Source of the DNA: Amphiscolops sp. MND2022
Taxonomy: Eukaryota
DNA length: 60,000 nucleotides
Reading direction: 5' to 3'
NCBI GenBank assembly: GCA_964187785.1
Contig: OZ076413.1
Coordinates: 47,928,001 to 47,988,000 of the forward strand
Under the pieces are notes generated by a model. That model searched no databases. It was not told the DNA's origin and saw nothing but the letters and a program-made list of their open reading frames with translations. A program made the position numbers and the translations under genes. Below, piece by piece: positions 50,601-60,000 of this stretch. The first letter of the stretch is position 1. Every line of letters begins with the position of its first letter.

Positions 50601-52270
50601 CTTGTCCTAAAAATCTCTGAAACCTCACAACGTCTCTGCTCTCTGCTGAATTGGAAATCTTGTTGAGCTGATTCATGAAATTTGCTATTAACATTTGCTT
50701 GTCCCCAAATTGTTTTTCCAAAAACCCCCACACTGTTGTAGTTTGCACTTGAGAGGGTCAAACCAGCAATCGTTTCTGCTGCCTTCCCTGTCAAGCTTGC
50801 CTACAAGTATTTTTGACAGTGATGAGTTTCGGTGAACTGCATTTGCGAAAAAGTCTGGGAAACTCATCCACTCTGTGACTGTTCCGTCGAATTTTTGTAG
50901 TTCCATTTTCGGGAGTTTTCGCGCTTTGAGAACGTTTTGAAGCTTTCTTTCAGTTGTCTCGTTCCTTTTTTCTTCTTCTTGTCGTTTTCGTCGTCGTTTT
51001 CTTCTTCTTCTTCTTCTTCTTCTGCTTCATCTTCTTCTCCTGCTTCGCTGCTATTGTCGTCTTTTTTGTCTTCATCTTTCCGCTTTCTGATTGTTGTTTT
51101 CCGCTCGGCAAGTTCTCCCCTAGATTTTGCATAAGTTGTTAAAACTGTCTTCTTTGTCGTTTGAAAAATGACAGCAGCTTTACTGCATTTTGTTTTACCG
51201 CGTTTGTCTCGCGGTTTGTCAGTAGCGGTTATTCTCCTTGCCTCCCCTCGAACCGCGTTGATTTTGGCTCTGTCTGCACCAGCAATTCCGACATCTCCAA
51301 CCGCCAACATCTCCATCTCTATGACTGCCAACTTCTCTAGCTCGCCGACCGCTTTCAATTGCAATGCTCCTCATCCACACTAAAGACAATTATTCTCCAG
51401 CCTGCTTGAACCTCCGCTACCGCCGCGTCAACAGAGTCTTCCGTGAAAGCTCTCTCTGTGTCGCTCAATCTGGACGATATGAAATTTTCCGCTGAAACAT
51501 TTACCCGCTCTTCTATTGCTACATTCTGCTGCTCCTGGTCGCATGTTTCCGATACCACGTTCACCGCCGCTCCCTGTTGTTCCCCCAGAACTTCATTACC
51601 CTTTCTTTTCCAAACTACTTCCTCAAAATCCTCAATGTTAAACAATGACTCTTTCAAAAGCATCAGTACTTCTTGATACTGCTCTATCTTTACTGTAACC
51701 TCTTCATCTTCTGAGTCTCCTTCTTCCGCTAAGGCCTCATCTAACTTTTCTATTGCTACCCTTGAATCTATCAACTTTTTCCATGTCGCTCTCACACGAG
51801 ATATTGTCTTTTTAGAAAAGTCAAATCTGTCAGAAATTAGTGTTTCTACCTCTTTTACCAGTTTTGCTACTACATTCATGTGACGAAGCTGTTCGCTTTT
51901 AACTCTTTTGACGCAGTTTTTCATTTTCGCAAGTTCTCTTTTTTCAGACTCCTGAATTTTGTTAATTTGTCCGCGTTTTTTTCTTTTCGGTTGACGCTTT
52001 GTCGTCACATAGACTTTTTTCGATTTTGGTGATAGTCAATTTTGCCATTTTGGGCGCCATGTTTCAGAAAAAAGATTTTTTAGGGCAATTTTAGCTTTCC
52101 GAAACTATCTTTCCTTTTCTTATCCTTAATGTCTTCGATACATACAAGGATTCCAAACTTAGCAAGAATCAATGTAACGTCTCTGAATGAATGTTGAACA
52201 AATACTAAAGATACTAAAGTCAGTTGAAATGTTTTTAATCCAAATTTGAAATAGTCAATGAAATTCAACA
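44643..52270 (-). mobile_element. Decayed BEL/Pao LTR retrotransposon with internal tandem duplication
   Basis: LTRs 44643-44850 and 52060-52270. PBS TGGCGCCCA (52059-52051), PPT GGCGGGAGGA (44860-44851). Fragments ELQKFDG, HYTPHHALIREDKVTTKLRVVLD, SPFLLNATI, FYVND and W..EYLIELR. Confidence 0.88.
45003..50513. repeat. ~2.77-kb direct tandem duplication (45003-47773 / 47774-50513)
   Basis: Paired ORFs, e.g. 45087/47819, 46862/49592, 47250/50006. Junction GATATCCTCAGGTT|TCACAGCAACAATAG at about 47774. Confidence 0.92.
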
Positions 52271-52459
52271 GAGGTAAAGTGTTCACGTCAGGGAAGCAAA
52301 CTTAATAGGCTAGCATGATGATGGCAAATTGATTGCCTTGAGAAAAATTTAAGAACAACTTTACAGGGGCAAAAAGAGCAATAACAATTGTACAAAAAGC
52401 AAAGATTAGTAAAACTGGAAACGCGAGCCCTCAGATTGTAACAACGGCAATTACAATTG

Positions 52460-53019
52460 AAACAAGCCGGGACCGGCCCAAGTCGGCGCCATATCCAAGG
52501 CTCAAAAATAGCAAAAAGACTTCCAAGTGTCAAGTATTCTCTTTTACAGTACTCGAAAATCAAAAAATTTTTTTGAAAAAAAATTTTCGAAAAAATTTTA
52601 TACTCAAAAAAATGGACCGAGTGGCGCGCCGGGGCTCGCTAGTGCGAGCCCCTGGCGCGCTAAAGTCTCACAATGCCGAAAAACTGAAAGGGGGGACACT
52701 TTGAGGTTTTTCAACATCCATTCTGTCGCAAAACGTCAAAAAAATGCAGGGGGACCCTTTGGGGAAAAAATTTCCGAAAAAAAGTCTCGCAGTGCCGAAA
52801 AATATTGAACGGGTGGACTCTTTGGTCTCGCCCGGTATGGTATGTTACGTGGAAAAACAGGTAAAACCATTTTGGTCCAGTTCGCTAGGCCAAATGATGC
52901 ATTTTGACACCATAATGTTTTGAAGAACTTTTAAGAACTATTTTGGTCAGTTCGTGTGGATAGAAAAAAAAGAGTCACTATAATAGTCGCGTTTCACTTC
53001 ATGAAGCGCCGACTAAAAA
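52460..53019 (+). mobile_element. HINE/DINE-1-like non-autonomous Helentron-type repeat
   Basis: AAACAAG start, sub-terminal IR AGTCGGCGC / GCGCCGACT, 3' hairpin, A-run end. Confidence 0.7.
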
Positions 53020-53624
53020 CGACAACGAAAGAGCAAAGTTGAGTTTTGAAAGAAAAAGGGCCCAATGTTTTGAATTTGCGCTTGAGCTGCTATTCTCACT
53101 TGTTCCGTTCAGCTTCGATTTGGATTTTCCGGTTTCAACTTTGATTATATTCCGTTGGAGCGTTTATCCTGAAGGTTAGTGGTTTCTTTCATCTTTAGCT
53201 CCTTTATCCAATCAAATCTCAGGAGCAGTTGAAGGTTTTTTAGTGAGACTAGCATCAGTTTCTTGTCGTGATCGTTCAATGTAACTCATGTACTGCCGAC
53301 GCAGTTTCAGTATGATTTCCGATGATGTTGCTCCGGTAATAGGTTGTTAGTGAACCAGTGTCTTCGATGAACGTTGTTACTGTATTGTTTATTTTTAATG
53401 TTGAAAAGCTTTGTAATTACTCAATGAATTGTATTAATGGATAATAAATGTTGATTTGTGATTCTTCAAATACCAAGTGTATTGATTTCGATCGGCATAC
53501 TTTCTTGAAGTCTCACTTGTTTCCACAATTTATATAACTTGCGTTGCAATTTAGATAATTTGCGCTGCACACATGGTTTTCATGACAATATTCGTTTGCA
53601 CACAGTCCAGTTCCAGCAATTGTA

Positions 53625-54707
53625 CATCGTATGGTGTCTGAAAAGCCGGACTATTACCGTGGGTAGTTATTTCAATTAGCTCTGAATGGTCCACTTTATT
53701 GTTCATTTGTTCAACTTTTTAGCCGAGAGGTCAAACCGGATTTTAGTTCAGATATAACGTTTTAATGTTCGGATGTAAAGTTTTCAAAGTTGAAGTTCGG
53801 ATTTAACGTTTTCAAAGATCGGATATAACGTTTTCCAATTTCGGATATAAGGTTTTAAAAGTTCGGATATAACGTTTTCAACGTTCGTATATACAGTAGT
53901 GATGAAAAACGTAGTAGGAACCCTCCAAACGTCCTAACTTGCCTGTTTTTGAATGTAGATGACATTTTCATGGAGAAAACCCGAATAAAAATTTTTCCAG
54001 TTTCGTCAGTTTAACCTCGACAGTACACCGAGAAGTTGAAAAAGTGACAAGAAATAGCAAAAAAATTTTCAAAGCCTAATTTCTCCACGAATAATAGCGA
54101 CAGCTCAAATCGGTTTTCTGCTCCTGAAAGCCCACTACCTAAGCTTTCAAATGGACACTAGTTAGGCTGGGAGTTGGCGCCACTTTTGGGGTGAGAGCGC
54201 CACCCCGGCGGCGCGGGCCTGGCTTTGCCGGGCCTTTCAAATGACACTCGAACTTTTCGCTGAAGCTTCATTAAAAAAACTTCTATATGCGGTTTCAATG
54301 GTGGCAAACTGTGTTACTAGAGAGTTACAGTAACTTAGCAAACAGTTGCTGTGTTATTGAGAAAAAGTTAATTTTCTGAAAAGTATTTTTTTGCGAATTT
54401 TCATTTTTTTCTAGTTAACTTTTTGCCGGTGGTTCGAAAAACAAACTATATTGACACAAACAACAACTCGCCCCAGGAAGTTCAATAGATTGTTGATTAG
54501 AAAAACAAAACTTCGTTTTCCTATAAACTTTTTGCGTTTCGTAATATTTTATTGATTGTGAAAAAAAATCGCTGTCCTCATTTGGGAACAAAAGCACTGT
54601 CGAGGATAAAACGTTTTCATTTCTCTAGTTATCAATTTTTTCCCAAAATTCTGCATAATTTGTTGAGCTTTAGATATGGCGCCGACTTGGGCCGTTCCCG
54701 GCATGTT
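53625..54707 (-). mobile_element. HINE/DINE-1-like repeat, reverse copy, with internal ~22-bp tandem repeat (53745-53893)
   Basis: 54665-54707 is the reverse complement of the family 5' end. 53640-53716 matches 13900-13978 reversed. Internal unit GTTCGGATATAACGTTTTCAAA. Confidence 0.55.
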
Positions 54708-55930
54708 TTCTGTTGTTTTTTCAATCTTTCGTTATCATATTTTCTTTAGTATTTGTCTTCTTGTAAGACTTGGATGAGAGATTTGATGTTTTGTCTTGCT
54801 TTTTCTAGTTTTTAAGGCCTTTTCTTTCGTAATTGATCAAACGTTCGCAGTTACTGATTGGAAGTCGCATTTCCGTTCGACATCGTATAGTAATTTCACG
54901 CATTTGTTCATAATTTTTCGCAACGTTTGTTGACGCCAGTCAATGGCAGGCAAAGAGAGTCGATTTGAACATGGTGGTTGAGAAAGAAGAACTTGACACA
55001 CGTACGCAAGTACCTAACACGAAGACACCGGCCAGGTTTCAAGGTCATTCACCCATTATGAACCCTCTTACCCCTCACATGTGTGGTGTTCAAGGTCACT
55101 GAGCCAAAATGTAAACATTGTTATTTACCCATATGACACCTTTAGAATGTAACTCTGTTGAAATTTGTGATTTTTACATTGGTAAACATACTTGCTACCC
55201 CACTTACCGAACATTCAAGACCCACACTATGGTTTGTTTTTATAGCCAATACCTTTCATACTTCGCTTCAAGGTCATACATTTATACCGCATATTTCAAC
55301 TCAAATTTGTTTTATATTTACTATGGGATTGTAAACCAGATTTATAGCATTATCAGATAGAGATTTGAACGACTGAACTGCCATAGTCAAGTTGGGTCTC
55401 GGGACCAAGAGCCTAAATAATCAATTTTTCAATCTTCACATCTTTACGCTAGAGTCAAAGCGACTAAGTAGCTTTTGTCATAGTTGGCGAAGCGGAGCGC
55501 GTGAAGACTCAGTAAGGGAAGTGAGTGACGGGTCTCAGAAGATCCAAACAAGTGAAAGAGGGATCGCAGGTGATGCTACGGGTCACATTGGTCCCACCAG
55601 CTAAAAGATACAGTCCTTCAAAACAAAATAAAAACAGGAAAAACGGTCCACAGTACCAAGCAACGGATCAGGGCGGCGCAAAGCTGGTCAAGCCTCAGCG
55701 CAGGATAAGAGCAAGCAGCCGTTACATTTGGTCCGCCGACCCGGACAGAAAAGACGAGGAAGAAGACAATTCCTCGTTGATGGACAGCTGAGAAAATTGA
55801 CCAAAAAGAACAGGTGTCTTAATCATGTTGATGACGAGGAAGAAGACAACTCCTCAATGATGGACAACTGAGAAAGTTGATCAAAAAGAACAAGTGTCTT
55901 AATCAGGTGTGCTATTGTGTGTCTGATATT

Positions 55931-56088
55931 GGGGCTATTTGACTCTGGGAGTTTGGGATATTGTGACTTTGGGTGTTCGGGCTGTTGTGTCTCTGGGAGA
56001 TTGGGCTACTGTGTCTCTGGGAGATTGGGCTACTGTGTCTCTGGGAGATTGGATTGTGACTCTGGGAGATTGGGGTATTGTGACTTTG
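55931..56088. repeat. 24-bp tandem repeat, ~6 copies
   Basis: Unit CTGTGTCTCTGGGAGATTGGGCTA. Confidence 0.85.
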
Positions 56089-57304
56089 GCAACTGAATTA
56101 AATCGAGAAGTGAAGAGATGGCAGAACCTAAACGGTTTGATATCAACAATATTGAAACCTTCTCCAAGAACTCTGCAGACAAAGCCCAAACGTTGAGTTA
56201 TTGGAATGTAGCTGTCGAGCCCGGTAAGACAGTCAAAGAAGGTGATGAGAACCTAAATTGCAAGGATGACGACAAACAGATAGCAGAGCTACAGTTACGA
56301 CGAACAAGTGCCTTAAATAGGCGAGAACGACTCATTAAGGCAGTTGAAAAAGCAATCATAGTTAAGTACCAACCTCGGGTAAATACCAAAAATGTTCTCA
56401 GCAGTGAATAAAGCGATGCAGAGCCAATTTGTTGAGTTGCAGCAACAAAACTTTAGCATTGGAAGGGTGGAAATACTGATGTCCGTTTTGCACGATGAAA
56501 ATCAGACAATAAACTATTTGGATCTTATGGATAAGAAACGTTTAGTTGATGAAAAATAGAAAAGCTGCGCGCTGATAAAATCGAAAACAGCGAAGACGCC
56601 GACGAAGGACGTTATGCTGCAGCATGTCAAGCATTGCTGCGGAAACGGTCTGACATCAAAACGCACATCGATGCTCTGCTGAAATCAGGAGACGAGGGAG
56701 CCATTTGCGAAGTCTTGAAGACGTTGAACAAAGACTAGCAGACGTTCGTGCAAACGCGGCAGTAGATAAATCCGGTAAAACCAGTACGTCACCGCCAACG
56801 AATTCGGAACTTGATGACGCGGAAAAGTAACACAATGGTCATAAAGCGGATCACAACCAAGGTGCAAGAAGATTGATAGATTGCTGCAAAGCCAAAGTTG
56901 CTGAAAAGTAAATAGAGATGGCAAAAGCTTCGAGGAGTTGTAGTTCCAGCTTCCGAAGTATCTCACCTTTCAAGTTACCAGATGACAACTTCTTGACAAA
57001 AGTCTCAGGTTGGATAGACGAAGCAGAAGCAGCTGGAAACAGGGTTCAGCATATTGACGTGCGATTTGTACTCCCGCAAACCTACGTATCAATACCAGAG
57101 TATACAGCACGATCAGCGCACGGAGGACAGTGCTCCATGCAAGTAAGAGATTTGAAACCCCCAGTGCAACCAACAATATCTTCTGAAGCTTTTGTGCAAA
57201 ATGATGTAAGAGACAGAACAAAATCTGACCAAGGTGCTGGCAGTCAAAGAGCAATAGCACAACTAGAAGTGAAACGGGCCACCTCAAAGCCGTCAAAGAT
57301 CTTT

Positions 57305-57503
57305 AGTGTAGGTCATAACTTGTTACCGCCTACGAATGGAGGCAACCCGAGTGGTGCATTTCAAGTACCACAGTTTGCGAACACACAGAAGCAGTATTTG
57401 CTACTAGCAAATACTGCTTCTGTGTGTTCGCAAACTGTGGTACTTGAAATGCACCACTCGGGTTGCTTCCATTCGTAGGCGGTAACCAATTCTGACCTAC
57501 ACT
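57305..57503. repeat. Near-perfect 199-bp palindrome (99-bp arms, 1-nt centre at 57404)
   Basis: Arms are reverse complements with four mismatches seen. Confidence 0.95.
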
Positions 57504-58199
57504 CGGGTTGCCTCCATGCCTTAGTAAGTCAAGGTCCAAACATAGCGTCAAATGCAAGAGATGACTACTTCATCAGATATAGCTTGCCAAAATTGAAGTT
57601 GGCAGAATTTTCACGTTACCCATTGGAGTGGCTAGAGTGGTCACAACTATTTCAAGCAACTGTCCACGCAGCAAATATAGACGACAGTGTAAAGATGAAT
57701 CACCTGAAAACAATGGTAGCGGTCAAAGCATTGTGTGTGTTGCTGCTTGACCCATTTCCCAGATTAACAGTTTCCCCGGGTCCGTTTGTTTTGCAGTGGC
57801 AAAAGTTTGGATTCTGGCAAGAAATGAGTTGATCATGTTTTTCTAGGGAATGTCCATGTACAGTGTGAATCTTGGGCATGATGCTTTTGTGGTCGATAGG
57901 TCCGTTTCCACCCTCTTTGCTTGTTACCGGTGTTGCTAACAATTTGTTTCCTCTAATTGTCTTTTGAGATTGCGTTTGTGTGATTGTAAATAACTTTAAA
58001 ATAATGAGATGCTTGGACAAAATGGTGAATTCAGGGTATTTTTTTGACGAAAATTTTTATTTTTGTTTTGTTTTTAGAGTTTTGTTTATCTATTAGAGTT
58101 TATAAACTCTATTTGAGTTTTGTTTATATAAGAGTTTTATTCATCTATCTACAGACTATCGCCGGACGGCATTTATTTGACAGTAGGGGTAATCATCTC

Positions 58200-58953
58200 A
58201 AAGACAGTTACAGTTGAATATTTGTTCGAGTTCCGTTTTAGTCTCTACTATACTGCAACTTCTGGGAATATACTTCACCGAGATTTTCACTTGGTTAAAG
58301 CATTATCGAAACTTGACTTCGGTCCTTTGTCCTTTTTCCCTGAAGGACTTGAATCAGTTTCGCACAGTCCAGAGTTTCAACATACAAACGCTGGTCAGAA
58401 TAGTAATCACTTTTCGAAAAAACTCATCCAGATTCAAATGGATTTATCATTTTTCTGCTAGTTTTTGGCGGAAGGCGTGAACACAAACTAAACATACTTG
58501 AAACACCGGTGTGCAAAACTTTTAAGAATGGAAACACAATCCGGAAGCAAATTGGATTGGATTCAAATTACGAAGTTTTTGCGTCAAAATTGAATCCGCT
58601 GCCAACAGAAAGCAAAAACAGCCATTTGCCTCTCTTCGCCAAGATTTCAAAAAGTTCGCATTGCTGAGATTTTGGGTTCTACCCGTAGACAATCATGAAA
58701 ACTGCGGAAATCACAACTGGAAGGAAAACTATCACCCTGAAATTCACGATCATTGGCCATTCTTGTTTAAAAATTCCCACGTAAAAATTAGGAAAATATC
58801 TGAATTCATTCAGAACACATCTTTTTGTGTTAACTCCGATACTATACATCGGCAGCATCCAAATTGGACTATTTACCAAGTGTTTTGAAAAAAGATTCGG
58901 GTATCAGTAAAAAAACCGAAAGTTTTGAGTCATTTGAAGTCGCAACCGAACCA
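58200..58953 (-). pseudogene. Possible disrupted 7TM/GPCR-like coding remnant
   Basis: LSVFLLIPES (TM4-like), KRCVL (ECL2 Cys-like) and FRVIVFLPVVISAVFMIVYG (TM5-like), with stops and frameshifts. Confidence 0.3.
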
Positions 58954-58958
58954 ATTGG

Positions 58959-59938
58959 TGTCGAAACGTGTATCATGCGATTAAGTTGCGGTTTGCAGAC
59001 CGTTCCCTTCTCTATTGCTAGAGGATATCTTTTCGGTCAGAGCAAATACGAGGCTGGTCAGATCACTGATCTGCTTGTTCATTTCTAAGAACCTGTGATC
59101 AACCGAGTTCTGGCTAGTAACATTTCCACGGTTATCAAATCTCCATTATCAAAATCGGTAAATTGTTCTCTCGTGAGAGCTTATGGAATGCTACATTCAC
59201 TTTCGTTATCACTGTATTCGTACATTCTGGTGTTTTTTGAATTATTGATTTTTTAGCTAGTCGTGACCTTGTATTTACCATACAGGGGAGTTGGGAATTT
59301 TATATTAGTTTGAAATGAAATGTTCAAGGTAATGTTTCGAGATTGGTATTGTATTGAATAAGTTCAAATTTAAGAATGTATTAATGTCGGTATCAACTGC
59401 TCACTGTGCTATAACAATTTCTACTGACTGCGCGCTTTTACTCACTATTGAATATGTCGATGTTGGTCACGTGACCACATTGGCCAATGATATTGCAGTA
59501 CCTTGGTTGGTAATGGCGCAATTGCACCTTATTCTGGTATTGCAACAAAATATGATGCTGGTACGTTGCCATCGTTACGTGAGTCACTGGCTAATGTACG
59601 CAACAATTATGAGTGAATTAACTGCAATGAAACACAATGATGATGTGTTACCATCGTTACGAGCACTGTTGACCATCACATCATGGTTTAACCAATAGCA
59701 TTAAACATATGCCGGAAAAGTATGAATTATGAATGAGAAGTGGTTAATAAACTTGAATACTAAAGCCAAGGAAAAAATATAAAGTGTTTGAGTTTAGGTT
59801 TCATGAAGTGGTTTGGTTAGCTACATTTCTTTCCTTCATCATGTAATCGTATAATGGTTGTTGACTTGTGCTGCACTTCTAGGATGCTGTGTAGTTAACA
59901 CCGTTTCTGTTTAATATTATCATGCGTGAGGCATGACA
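58959..59938 (-). mobile_element. Solo LTR (Gypsy-like) with a degenerate Gag N-terminal ORF at its 3' end
   Basis: TGTC...GACA termini and 5-bp TSD ATTGG (58954-58958, 59939-59943). Minus-strand ORF MVNTRSR... starts at 59281, then ..RFLEMNKQISDLTSLVFALTEKISS... Confidence 0.75.
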
Positions 59939-60000
59939 ATTGGATTATTTGATTGGATACAAAGAATATTTCCAGACAAAGGTAAAAATGTACCCAATTG

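Larger units (their letters stand above)
55600..57720 (+). pseudogene. BEL/Pao gag remnant
   Basis: LPKLKLAEFSRYPLEWLEWSQLFQATVH..KMNHLKTMV (DUF1759-type) at 57584-57720, preceded by fragmented coiled-coil ORFs. Confidence 0.65.

Noticed and set aside
50864..51364. Highly charged ORFs in several frames
   Set aside because: GAA/GAC microsatellite-like expansion within decayed BEL gag.
55753..55905. ~73-bp direct repeat
   Set aside because: Ordinary local duplication within a decayed retroelement leader; no further structure.

Overview
Eukaryotic (animal, invertebrate-like) AT-rich genomic DNA made almost entirely of transposable elements, with one clear host gene: a 3-exon RNF217-type RBR E3 ligase at about 39559-41304 (+). 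A possible disrupted GPCR-like pseudogene lies near 58.2-59 kb. LTR elements: a young Gypsy-type retrotransposon (-, 1-5250) with an open gag and a -1 frameshift into pol, whose Gag ORF starts about 380 nt inside the LTR; a non-autonomous relative of it (19932-23797); a solo LTR of similar design (58959-59938, 5-bp TSD); a full-length BEL/Pao element (29221-35638) carrying an extra SGNH/GDSL-hydrolase ORF upstream of gag; a decayed BEL/Pao with a 2.77-kb internal tandem duplication (44643-52270); and a BEL gag remnant containing a 199-bp palindrome. Other elements: an ORF1-only non-LTR element with a 20-bp TSD (10151-11603); a mini-hAT encoding an in-frame zinc finger plus dimerisation domain (36596-37525); nested 9-bp-TSD MITEs that share Helitron-like cores (23.8-26.1 kb and 28.3 kb); and several HINE/DINE-1-like repeats. 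All calls come from reading the sequence by eye. No database searches were run.
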